Shown here: piece after piece, positions 10,405 to 18,860 of the stretch | Layout of the letters: each line of letters opens with the position of its first letter | Position numbering within the stretch: position 1 is the stretch's first letter | NCBI GenBank assembly: GCA_044229265.1 | Contig: JBGATK010000006.1 | Location: 8,232 to 72,231 of the forward strand | Reading direction: 5' to 3' | Length of the DNA: 64,000 bases | From: Minisyncoccia bacterium | Lineage (GTDB): Bacteria; Patescibacteriota; Minisyncoccia; Phycocordibacterales; UBA9973 | The notes under the pieces: model-generated | The model's database searches: none | The model's input: only the letters and a program-made list of their open reading frames with translations | Told to the model about the DNA's origin: nothing | Translations under genes and position numbers: made by a program

Positions 10405-12356
10405 AGTAAATCCTCAGGGTCAATTTGAATTGTAAAATTCGGAGTTAAAGATAAAATTTTATTTAGCAAAACAAGATCAATTTTACTGGAGGGAGTTAAA
10501 GCAGGCAAAGACCAATTTTCTGTTTCTATTTTTAATATCATATTTGTAGTGTATTTATTTTTTTGTTTAGCTATATATCCAGTAAAAATTTCTGGATTGT
10601 ATTCTTTGAAAGTTTCTTCTAAAAATTTTTTTACAATAGTTGTTTTAATTTTGTCACCAATATGAATAATTTTTATGAATCTTGAATATGGAGGATAAGA
10701 AAGTATTTTGCGATCAGCCAGCTCTTCTCTTACAAATTGTGTCATTAAACCTGTTTTTATATTTTGCAAAAGAGAATCTGTAGTCTTTTTTGTTTGAATA
10801 ATAATTTTATCTTCTGTTTTTGAAATTATACCAATCATAAGCTGTAGTATTCTCTCATTTATTTTATAATTCGGTATACTCCAAAAAGCATCAAAAGAAG
10901 CCATAAATGTCATCGGTACTTTTTCTTTCATATAAAAAAGAGCAATCTCTGTGCCAACGAGTATTCCATATTTAGCATTTTCAAAATCTTCTATTATCTT
11001 TTCGGCATCTTTTTTATTTTTTGCTACATCTTTATCAAGTTTAAAGATTTTTACTTTTTCTTCATCAAAAACTTCCTTTATTTCTTTATGAATTGTATCT
11101 ACACCAATACCAAGAGGGAGCAGGTTCCAGCTATTACAGTTACTGCAGCGAGTATCCGGTGATTTTTCAGTCTTGCATTTATTACAAACAAACATTCTTT
11201 TTTGAGCATCTTTAGAAAGATAAAGAACCAGTGGAGAAGAGCAAGATTCGCAAACAATAGTATCGGCGCAATCACGACATATAGTATATGTAGCTAATCC
11301 TCGACGTAAGGAAAATATAAAAACCTTTTTCTTTTTTGCTAACATGTTTTTAATTTCTTCAATATTTTTTTCACTAAATATACTCCAAGTTTTTTTATTT
11401 TGTTTATTATTTTTGTTTTGAATTTCTATTTCACCAGAGAAACCTAAGCGATACGATAAAGGTGTAAAATTTGTAAAACCATCGCGCTCCCTGCGCCCTA
11501 AAGTTTCAAAGCGAAGCATAGTATCGGCGAGTATAAATTGCACCCCCATTTTACTTGCAAAAATTTCAGCAAAAGTGCGCATATCTATATAAGGCCTCAT
11601 TTGTGTTTTGTATGCACTAGAACTTTCGTGTTCCAATATAATAGTAGCTATATCGTTTCTAGGTATAGATAAAAAAGGTGCGGTTGCCAAAATCAAAACT
11701 GGGTGAGAGGTGGTAAAAATTTCTTTTAATTTCTCGTTTAATTTCTTTTTAGGTAAATTACTGTGCAATTCGTAAGTGAATGATTCTATACCTTTAGATA
11801 AAGTTTCGTAAAAAATATCTAGGTCGTGTTCTGTAGGAACTACAATGAATACAGAATTCTTTTTCGCAAATGAAGATCTGATTAAAGTTTTGTATATAGA
11901 AATCCTGTTTTCAAGTGAAGTCTGTAAAAGTAATTTTTCGTTTTTTATATTTAAATTTCTTTTTCTTATTCCTGTTTTATTTTCTGTGTCTTTTGATTGA
12001 TGAATTTTTAAATATTGGTCATATTCTTCTTTGAAAATATTTGGTATTAGACTTGCCAGGACATCGCTCGCTTGCGTCGCAAAATACATACTAGTTTCAA
12101 GTCCAGCTTCTATAAAACCACTTTCAAAGAAAGATGGTCCTTTATTTTCAATAATTTTACGAAGCCCAAATTCTAAATTTTTTACTTCTGTTTTTGATTC
12201 TGAAAGCTCTTCGATTTTTATCACTAAACCAAGTACTTTTTTGCTCCTTATTGGGACGAGTGTAATATCACCCAACTCTACTTCTTTCGATGTAAAATAA
12301 GTTAAATCACCTTTAAATATGGCTTTTTGGAGCGGTATTACTGTCAGAATTTTCAT
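10401..12356 (-). CDS. priA: primosomal protein N' with degenerate helicase motifs
   Basis: N-terminal LTYF..GDITLVP domain, RRGLA + four CxxC, LVGTE, R..LSYPPY; no recognisable Walker A/DEEH. Confidence 0.85.
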   Translation of the reverse strand: MKILTVIPLQKAIFKGDLTYFTSKEVELGDITLVPIRSKKVLGLVIKIEELSESKTEVKNLEFGLRKIIENKGPSFFESGFIEAGLETSMYFATQASDVLASLIPNIFKEEYDQYLKIHQSKDTENKTGIRKRNLNIKNEKLLLQTSLENRISIYKTLIRSSFAKKNSVFIVVPTEHDLDIFYETLSKGIESFTYELHSNLPKKKLNEKLKEIFTTSHPVLILATAPFLSIPRNDIATIILEHESSSAYKTQMRPYIDMRTFAEIFASKMGVQFILADTMLRFETLGRRERDGFTNFTPLSYRLGFSGEIEIQNKNNKQNKKTWSIFSEKNIEEIKNMLAKKKKVFIFSLRRGLATYTICRDCADTIVCESCSSPLVLYLSKDAQKRMFVCNKCKTEKSPDTRCSNCNSWNLLPLGIGVDTIHKEIKEVFDEEKVKIFKLDKDVAKNKKDAEKIIEDFENAKYGILVGTEIALFYMKEKVPMTFMASFDAFWSIPNYKINERILQLMIGIISKTEDKIIIQTKKTTDSLLQNIKTGLMTQFVREELADRKILSYPPYSRFIKIIHIGDKIKTTIVKKFLEETFKEYNPEIFTGYIAKQKNKYTTNMILKIETENWSLPALTPSSKIDLVLLNKILSLTPNFTIQIDPEDLL

Positions 12357-12393
12357 ATTTTTATTCTAGCATAATTTATGCTATATTAGCTCT

Positions 12394-13407
12394 ATGGGAT
12401 TTTTTTCTAAAAAACTAGGCATAGACTTAGGCACTGCAAATACTCTTGTATTCGTGCCACGTGTAGGCATTGTGCTTTCTGAGCCTACTGTTGTAGCTGT
12501 GTCTGAAATAGATAATAAAATTCTCGCTATAGGGCAAGAAGCTAAAGATATGATAGGTAAAACTCCAGATGCTATTCGGACTTATTGTCCAATGCGTGAT
12601 GGTGTCATAGCGGATTATCGAGTCACCGAAGCTATGCTGCGATACTTTATAAATAAAGCCTCTGGCAAATGGAGTTTTTGGAAACCAGATGTCATGATAT
12701 CAGTTCCTGCTGGAGTTACGAGTACAGAACGTAGGGCTGTAGTAGAAGCTGCTATTCGTGCTGGTGCAAAAAATGCTTATGTGGTCAAAGAACCAATTTT
12801 AGCTGCTATTGGCGCAGGAATTCCAATTTACGAACCCAAAGGACATATGGTGGTGGATATAGGTGGTGGCACTACTGATGTAGCAGTGATATCACTCGGT
12901 GGTATTGTGGCTTCTACTTCTGTAAAATGTGCTGGTAATAAGATTGATCAAGCTATAGCTGAATATATTAAAAAAACTTTTAATTTAGCTATCGGTGACA
13001 AAACTGCTGAAGAAGTAAAAATAAAAATTGGTGCCGCTGTACCGCTTGAAGAAGAATTAAAGGTTACAATTAAAGGACGTGATTTTATTCAAGGTCTCCC
13101 GCGCTCGGCTCAAGTTTCTACAAATGAAATAGTAAAAGCTATAGATAATGAATTAAAACAAATTATAAAAGCTATTAAAGATGTTTTACAAGAAATTCCA
13201 CCAGAATTAGCTAGTGATATTATTGATCACGGTATTATTATGACTGGAGGTTCATCACTTCTTCGTAATTTAGCGGATTTGGTTTATAGAAAAACAGGCG
13301 TTAAAGCTACGATAGCTGAAGATGCACTTTATTGCGTAGCTAAAGGCACTGGTATTGCTCTTGAACACCTCGATGTTTACAAAAAAGCAGTTTTAACTAA
13401 AAAATAA
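12394..13407 (+). CDS. mreB: rod shape-determining protein MreB/Mbl
   Basis: GIDLGTANT, VDIGGGTTD, TGGSS. Confidence 0.97.
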   Translation: MGFFSKKLGIDLGTANTLVFVPRVGIVLSEPTVVAVSEIDNKILAIGQEAKDMIGKTPDAIRTYCPMRDGVIADYRVTEAMLRYFINKASGKWSFWKPDVMISVPAGVTSTERRAVVEAAIRAGAKNAYVVKEPILAAIGAGIPIYEPKGHMVVDIGGGTTDVAVISLGGIVASTSVKCAGNKIDQAIAEYIKKTFNLAIGDKTAEEVKIKIGAAVPLEEELKVTIKGRDFIQGLPRSAQVSTNEIVKAIDNELKQIIKAIKDVLQEIPPELASDIIDHGIIMTGGSSLLRNLADLVYRKTGVKATIAEDALYCVAKGTGIALEHLDVYKKAVLTKK

Positions 13408-13418
13408 AATCAAATAAA

Positions 13419-14108
13419 ATGTTGCAAAAACATATTCAAAAAGAAAATTTACACCATGCTTATTTGTTGTCAGGGGATATGAAAAATATTTTGGAGAATT
13501 TATTTTCTCTACTTAGTGATTTTGGCATTAAAATACAAAAAAATCCTGATTTTCATTTACTTTCATACGATACTCTAAAAATAGATGATGCTCGGCATGT
13601 AAAGAGTTTGGCAGAAAATAGAAGCTTTGACGGTAGTAAAAAAGTATTTGTAATCTCAGTTAATAATTTTTTACCAGAATCACAAAATACTTTGCTCAAA
13701 ATTTTTGAAGAACCAAAAGAAAATATGCATTTTTTTATAATTTCCAAAAATGCGGATTCATTTTTATCTACACTTCGTTCGCGCTGTTATTTGATAAACT
13801 TAGAGCAAGACAAAAATACAAATGAAGAGATTGAGAAATTTTTAAATACATCTTTGCAAAACAAAATCGACCACGTAAAAAATTTACTCGATACTGATGA
13901 AGATAAAGGTGAAGCCTCTTCTCGCACCTTGGCTTTGGAATTTTTAGATCAAATAGAATCTGCTCTCCATAATCGAATGTCAAAGATGCCCTTTGACACA
14001 GATATTTTCCACAAAATTTTCACTGCCCGTAAATATATCCGTGGAGCGGGGAGTAGTCCAAAAAATATTCTAGAAGCTATTGTCTTAAATTTACCAGAAA
14101 AAGTATAG
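13419..14108 (+). CDS. holB: DNA polymerase III delta'-like subunit
   Basis: HHAYLL, NPDF, QNTLLKIFEEP, TLRSRC. Confidence 0.75.
   Translation: MLQKHIQKENLHHAYLLSGDMKNILENLFSLLSDFGIKIQKNPDFHLLSYDTLKIDDARHVKSLAENRSFDGSKKVFVISVNNFLPESQNTLLKIFEEPKENMHFFIISKNADSFLSTLRSRCYLINLEQDKNTNEEIEKFLNTSLQNKIDHVKNLLDTDEDKGEASSRTLALEFLDQIESALHNRMSKMPFDTDIFHKIFTARKYIRGAGSSPKNILEAIVLNLPEKV
13978..13998. repeat. 21-bp palindrome TGTCAAAG-ATGCC-CTTTGACA inside the holB-like CDS
   Basis: Exact reverse-complement copy at 18771-18791. Confidence 0.8.
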
Positions 14109-14145
14109 TTTCTAATTTATAGTTAATTTGTTATAATACCCACAT

Positions 14146-14697
14146 ATGCAATACAATTTCAATGATTTAAAAACAGAATTAAAAAAGGCTGAAGGGCATT
14201 TGGAAAAAACCTATCGTGAGCTCAATATTGGCAGGGCGAGTCCCATGGTACTCGATGGCGTTTCTGTTGAAGTTTATGGTCAGTATCAACCTATAAAAAA
14301 TATAGCTTCTATAAATATCGAAGATCCTAAAACTTTACGTCTAGCACCTTGGGATAAAACTCAAATAAAATCTATAGAAAAGGCGATAATGCTAGCTGAC
14401 TTGGGGCTTTCTCTTGCTGTTGATGATGCAGGTATTCGTGTTATATTTCCTCAGCTTACCACAGAAACTCGCGGTAAATTAGCTAAAGTATTGAAAGACA
14501 AATTAGAAGATGCTCGTATATCAGTTCGTAAAATTCGTGGCGATGTTTGGGAAGAAATTCAGGAAAAACAAAAGGAGGGTGTCATGACCGAGGATGAAAG
14601 AAAATGGGCTAAAGATGAACTTGAAAAAATAGTAAGCGAGGTAAATAAAAATTTGGAAGAAATGTTTAATAAGAAAGAAATGGAAGTAATGAATTAA
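14146..14697 (+). CDS. frr: ribosome recycling factor
   Basis: GRASPMVLD, PWDK, PQLTTETR, EDARISVRKIR. Confidence 0.96.
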   Translation: MQYNFNDLKTELKKAEGHLEKTYRELNIGRASPMVLDGVSVEVYGQYQPIKNIASINIEDPKTLRLAPWDKTQIKSIEKAIMLADLGLSLAVDDAGIRVIFPQLTTETRGKLAKVLKDKLEDARISVRKIRGDVWEEIQEKQKEGVMTEDERKWAKDELEKIVSEVNKNLEEMFNKKEMEVMN

Positions 14698-14710
14698 ATA
14701 AAAAATAAAT

Positions 14711-15808
14711 ATGAATGTACTAATTTTTATAGTTATCTTGCTGGTACTAGTAATCGTTCATGAATTTGGGCATTTTTTTACTGCGAAAAAGTTTGGTATA
14801 CGAGTAGATGAATTTGGTTTTGGTTTTCCGCCAAAAATTTTTGGCATTAAAAGAGGGGAAACAGAGTATACTTTTAACGCACTTCCGATTGGTGGTTTTG
14901 TGAAAATTTTCGGTGAGAATCCGGATGAGGATAGTATAAATGGTCCTGACGCAAAACGTAGTTTTGTAAATAAGCCAAGGTGGCAGCAAGCTATAGTGCT
15001 TTTTGCAGGAGTATTTGCTAATTTTTTACTAGCATGGATACTTTTTTCTTTCGCTTTTTTCTCGGGCATGCCTACATCGGTGCGAAGTGAAATGCGTGAT
15101 TATATAGTGGGCGGAACGAATCTGGTAATTATTTCTGTTTTGCCTGATTCGCCAGCAGAATTAGCAGGGCTCTCTTCTGGAGATAAGATACTAGGTGTTT
15201 CGTCTGTAAAACATAAATTAGAAACAATTACATCAGAAAGTTTTAGTAATTTTGTTTCTAGCCATGGCGGAGAAAGTTTGAATATTACTTACACAAATAA
15301 AAATAATGAAGAAAAAAATATTGAAATTATTCCTAAAATAAAAGAAGGTGAGAGTAAAGCTTTAATTGGGATTTCTATGGATGAAATTGGAGTAGTGAAA
15401 TTCCCTATAGGGCGTGCATTTTATGAAGGTTTTAAAATGAACTTTTTTGTTATTAAAGCTACTGCTGTAGGATTGTATCAATTCATAATACAGAGTGTTC
15501 AAGGCAAAGCAAATTTTGATGCTGTGGCAGGGCCTGTAGGTATGGCCGGCATAGTGGGGGATGCTTATAAATTTGGTTTCGCTTATTTAGTATCTTTTAT
15601 GGCTATACTTTCTGTGAATTTAGGAGTATTAAACCTAGTGCCATTTCCAGCTCTCGACGGTGGGCGATTACTATTTTTACTTATAGAAAAGATAAAAGGT
15701 TCACGCCTCTCACCAAAATTTGCGAATACAGCAAATGCTATAGGATTCTTTATCCTAATAGGGCTTATGATTCTAGTTACTTATCACGACATTGCAAAAT
15801 TATTTTAA
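14711..15808 (+). CDS. rseP: RIP metalloprotease (M50) with PDZ domain
   Basis: HEFGH, GFGFPP, NLVPFPALDGG. Confidence 0.93.
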   Translation: MNVLIFIVILLVLVIVHEFGHFFTAKKFGIRVDEFGFGFPPKIFGIKRGETEYTFNALPIGGFVKIFGENPDEDSINGPDAKRSFVNKPRWQQAIVLFAGVFANFLLAWILFSFAFFSGMPTSVRSEMRDYIVGGTNLVIISVLPDSPAELAGLSSGDKILGVSSVKHKLETITSESFSNFVSSHGGESLNITYTNKNNEEKNIEIIPKIKEGESKALIGISMDEIGVVKFPIGRAFYEGFKMNFFVIKATAVGLYQFIIQSVQGKANFDAVAGPVGMAGIVGDAYKFGFAYLVSFMAILSVNLGVLNLVPFPALDGGRLLFLLIEKIKGSRLSPKFANTANAIGFFILIGLMILVTYHDIAKLF

Positions 15809-15875
15809 ATGGAAAACAGGAATTGCCACCCCGAACGAAAGCAAAGCTTCATACGGGGCAGGAAATTGTAAAAGT
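15809..15875 (+). pseudogene. relic N-terminus (MENRNCQNCKS) of a Zn-ribbon family gene, frameshifted by a 34-bp palindromic element at 15829-15862
   Basis: ATG directly after the rseP TAA; removing 15829-15862 gives ATG GAA AAC AGG AAT TGC CAA AAT TGT AAA AGT, in frame with ATG 15876. Confidence 0.75.
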
Positions 15876-17555
15876 ATGGAATATAAACCACAAAATGTAA
15901 TATGCCAGAATTGTAGTGGTGAATTCATAATCGAACCAGACGATTTTTCTTTTTATGAAAAGATGAAAGTTCCAGCGCCGCATGTCTGCCCAGACTGTCG
16001 TTTTAAAATGCGCGCAATTTTTAGAAATGAAAACAAATTATATTCAGGAAGAAAATGTGATTTATGCCAAAAAAGTATAATTGCAATGTATAACCCAAAA
16101 TCTCCTTACAAGGTATATTGTCCCGAGTGTTATGCAAGCGATAACTGGGACCGCTCTTCATACGCCAAAGATTATGATTTTTCTAAATCATTTTTTGAGC
16201 AACTAAAAGAGCTAACATTATCTGTGCCCAAAATGAATTTGTATGTTACTTATTTAAATGGACCTGTAATAAATAGCCCTTTTAACAATGGTTTTGGCGG
16301 GGCCAAGAATTGCTATTATCTATTTAATGGAGGTCCTGCGGAAAATACTCAGTATTCTCGAGGGGTAAAAGATGTAAAAGATATTTCGGATTGTTATTTT
16401 TCCACTAAAATAGAAAATTCTTACGAAGCTATAAATGTACACAACTCTAACAAGATATTTTTTAGTCAGAATGTTACAAATTCCATAGAGTCAGCTTTTC
16501 TTATTAATTGCAATAACTGTATAAATTGTATTGGTTGTGTAAATTTAAACAATAAAAGTAATTGTATTTTAAATGAACAGTATACAAAAGAAGGGTACAT
16601 AGAAAAAGTAAATGAAATATTTGGTAGTTATGAAAAGATAGAAGATTTTAAAAAATCATTTTATGAGTTTTCTTTAACTTTTCCGCATAGAGAAAACAAT
16701 AATATTAAAACAGTAGATTCTACAGGAGATTATCTGAGTGAATGTAAAAATGTTAAAAATAGCATGGAAATTACTCAGAGCGAAAATGTTAAAGACGCTT
16801 TCTCTTCTAAGCAACTCAAAGATTCTATAGGAGTTTTTGGTTATGGGTTCAGTTCTGAATCTTTACTCGAAGTCGTAGCTACAGGTCATTCAAGTAATAT
16901 TATAGGTTCGTATGGCATAGATGAATCTATGAATATAGAATATAGTTTTTGTTGTTTTCCAAATAATGCCTATTTAATTGGCTGTGATTCCTTGAAAAAT
17001 TCTAAATACTGCATTTTAAATAAACAATACACAAAAGAAGAGTACGAGAAAATTAGAGAACATATTGTAAAAGAATTAACAGACCTTGGTATTTATGGCC
17101 TCATGATGCCACCATCCATCGCACCTTTTGCTTACAATGAAACTATCGCGCAAGATAACATGCCCCTGACCAAAGAAGAAGCCATTGCGCAAGGGTTTAG
17201 ATGGGAAGATGATATTCAGAAAACTGAAGGCAAGGAGACTATAAAACCAGAGCAAATTCCAGACCATATTCGTGATGTAGAGGACAGTATTACAAAAGAA
17301 ATTTTGTGTTGCATAGAGTGCAATAGGAATTATAAAATTACCGAACAAGAATTACTATTTTACCGAAAAATGATTTTGCCTATTCCAAGGAAATGTTTCT
17401 ATTGTCGCCACAAGAGCCGTATAGAAAAACGTGGCCCATACAAATTTTGGAACAGAAATTGTGCCAAGTGCGAAAAAGAAATTATCACAAATTATTCTCC
17501 GGAAAGGCCAGAGATAGTGTACTGTGAGCGTTGTTATCAAAGTGAAGTCTATTAA
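15876..17555 (+). CDS. CPR-type multi-CxxC zinc-ribbon protein with a Cys/Asn/Ser-rich repeat core, function unknown
   Basis: Four CxxC pairs at each end (CQNC, CPDC, CDLC, CPEC; CIEC, CFYC, CAKC, CERC); start moved to ATG 15876. Confidence 0.85.
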   Translation: MEYKPQNVICQNCSGEFIIEPDDFSFYEKMKVPAPHVCPDCRFKMRAIFRNENKLYSGRKCDLCQKSIIAMYNPKSPYKVYCPECYASDNWDRSSYAKDYDFSKSFFEQLKELTLSVPKMNLYVTYLNGPVINSPFNNGFGGAKNCYYLFNGGPAENTQYSRGVKDVKDISDCYFSTKIENSYEAINVHNSNKIFFSQNVTNSIESAFLINCNNCINCIGCVNLNNKSNCILNEQYTKEGYIEKVNEIFGSYEKIEDFKKSFYEFSLTFPHRENNNIKTVDSTGDYLSECKNVKNSMEITQSENVKDAFSSKQLKDSIGVFGYGFSSESLLEVVATGHSSNIIGSYGIDESMNIEYSFCCFPNNAYLIGCDSLKNSKYCILNKQYTKEEYEKIREHIVKELTDLGIYGLMMPPSIAPFAYNETIAQDNMPLTKEEAIAQGFRWEDDIQKTEGKETIKPEQIPDHIRDVEDSITKEILCCIECNRNYKITEQELLFYRKMILPIPRKCFYCRHKSRIEKRGPYKFWNRNCAKCEKEIITNYSPERPEIVYCERCYQSEVY

Positions 17556-17556
17556 A

Positions 17557-17611
17557 TGCTACTGTGCCCTTCGTAGCTTTTGCGAAGTAGGGTCAACAGG
17601 AAGTTTATTAA
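17557..17611 (+). pseudogene. relic C-terminus (CYQQEVY*) of a Zn-ribbon family gene, interrupted by a 31-bp element at 17562-17592
   Basis: Removing 17562-17592 gives TGC TAT CAA CAG GAA GTT TAT TAA; the intact gene ends CYQSEVY*. Confidence 0.75.
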
Positions 17612-17615
17612 ATAT

Positions 17616-18197
17616 ATGAAAAAAATTATTGAATTAAATACAAAAAAAGAAATAGCCTTTGTAAGGTCAGATTTACCGATGATGGTGCATGGGGTAGAGC
17701 ATTCTGGTGCATCACTCCTCTCTATAACCATAGCAACCATTTTGCATGCAGGTGGTGAAAAGCTTTGTATTTTTACTGCTTATCCTATGGCAAAAGATGA
17801 ATTCTTGGCCGAAGTATCAAACCCTGAAGATGTATTTTATTTAGAGAATTTTGAGGATTTAACTAAGGCTAATAATTTCCAGACGATAATTGTAGAAAGT
17901 GGTAATATTGAATTGTTCAAAAAAGTTATAGCTGAAAAGGAATTATTAGGGAATAGAATTGTATTTATTAAAAATATTGAAACAATAAATCAGCCTACTT
18001 TAGAAAAATTGCAGGATTATGATTTTATGGTTTCTGGTGATTTTAGTACAAATATTTTGCAGAAAGATTTTAATGATTTAGAATACAAGACAAAAATTTT
18101 CCTTTCTCCACTTTCTCCGTTTATCGTTCCTGTTTTGGCGAAGTATCAAGCTTTTTTACAAAAAGGAACAGAAGAAAAAATTATTATTATTTCTTAA
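17616..18197 (+). CDS. hypothetical protein, possible degenerate P-loop (RecA/KaiC-like) fold
   Basis: Hydrophobic strand followed by HGVEHSGAS; start set at ATG 17616. Confidence 0.6.
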   Translation: MKKIIELNTKKEIAFVRSDLPMMVHGVEHSGASLLSITIATILHAGGEKLCIFTAYPMAKDEFLAEVSNPEDVFYLENFEDLTKANNFQTIIVESGNIELFKKVIAEKELLGNRIVFIKNIETINQPTLEKLQDYDFMVSGDFSTNILQKDFNDLEYKTKIFLSPLSPFIVPVLAKYQAFLQKGTEEKIIIIS

Positions 18198-18705
18198 AAT
18201 TCTCGAAAAATAATTTCTCAGAAATACTATCTATTTTATTTGTTGTAATTATTACGAGCTCGGTGGTAAGGCCCAAATCTTTTTTAATATTTTCAAAAAG
18301 ATATTCATATGGAAAAGGGGAGATCCAAGCAGAATTTTTGAGGCACACAAAGCCAGCTTTTTTGAGGAGGTATCTTAGGCTCTCCCGCTCGGCTTTTCTA
18401 CTCTCTGGTAAATCAAGAAGTATAATACGCCAAAACCCATCCCAATTTGGGTTTACTAGAGCTTCTTCGCCAGAGACAAGTAGGCTATTTAAGCGTTTTT
18501 TACCCTCTTTAGTGAGGCGGGCATAGCTTTGGTGTTCTGACTCATGTAGCTCTGCCAAACCTCCTTCTACGAGGTTTTTGAGGCTTCTAGCGAGGGCGTA
18601 TTTGGATTTAGTATTATCTTTTTCTTTTAAAAATTCTAAAGCTACGGCTTGCTTTTCGCCTAGTTTTTTAAGGATTTTTTTGGAAAAGTCGTTTTTACTT
18701 GACAT
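18187..18705 (-). CDS. PaaX-like regulator (winged HTH + Cas2-like domain)
   Basis: RLTKEGK wing, WDGFWRIILLDLPE, GFVCLKNSAWISP. Confidence 0.85.
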   Translation of the reverse strand: MSSKNDFSKKILKKLGEKQAVALEFLKEKDNTKSKYALARSLKNLVEGGLAELHESEHQSYARLTKEGKKRLNSLLVSGEEALVNPNWDGFWRIILLDLPESRKAERESLRYLLKKAGFVCLKNSAWISPFPYEYLFENIKKDLGLTTELVIITTNKIDSISEKLFFENFKK

Positions 18706-18743
18706 GTGGATATCGTATCATATATACTCTATTTATACAAGTA

Positions 18744-18759
18744 TTTCGCGAACGCGAAA
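18744..18759. promoter_or_regulatory. candidate operator palindrome upstream of the PaaX-like gene
   Basis: TTTCGCG-AA-CGCGAAA. Confidence 0.4.
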
Positions 18760-18770
18760 AAAGAGTAAAA

Positions 18771-18791
18771 TGTCAAAGGGCATCTTTGACA
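18771..18791. repeat. 21-bp palindrome between the divergent PaaX-like gene and dnaK
   Basis: TGTCAAAG-GGCAT-CTTTGACA, the reverse complement of 13978-13998. Confidence 0.8.
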
Positions 18792-18824
18792 CATAAAATT
18801 ATTAACCATTATAAACTAATTTAT

Positions 18825-18853
18825 CCTTCGTCGCTAAAGCTATGAAGGACAAG
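18825..18853 (+). repeat. palindromic mini-element 7 nt before the dnaK ATG
   Basis: 26/30 identical to 7266-7295. Confidence 0.8.
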
Positions 18854-18860
18854 AAAACAT

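Noticed and set aside
15829-15862. Removal of the frameshifting hairpin by splicing or ribosomal bypass
   Set aside because: An in-frame downstream ATG (15876) already gives a complete protein, so no recoding is needed; RNA-seq or Ribo-seq evidence would be required
15792-15875. N-terminal extension MQNYFKW...YGAG from the ORF track
   Set aside because: It starts inside rseP and reads through the inserted palindrome; not a plausible native start
18187-18705. CRISPR-Cas locus suggested by the Cas2-like domain
   Set aside because: No repeat-spacer array or other cas genes were seen; the wHTH fusion fits PaaX-like regulators
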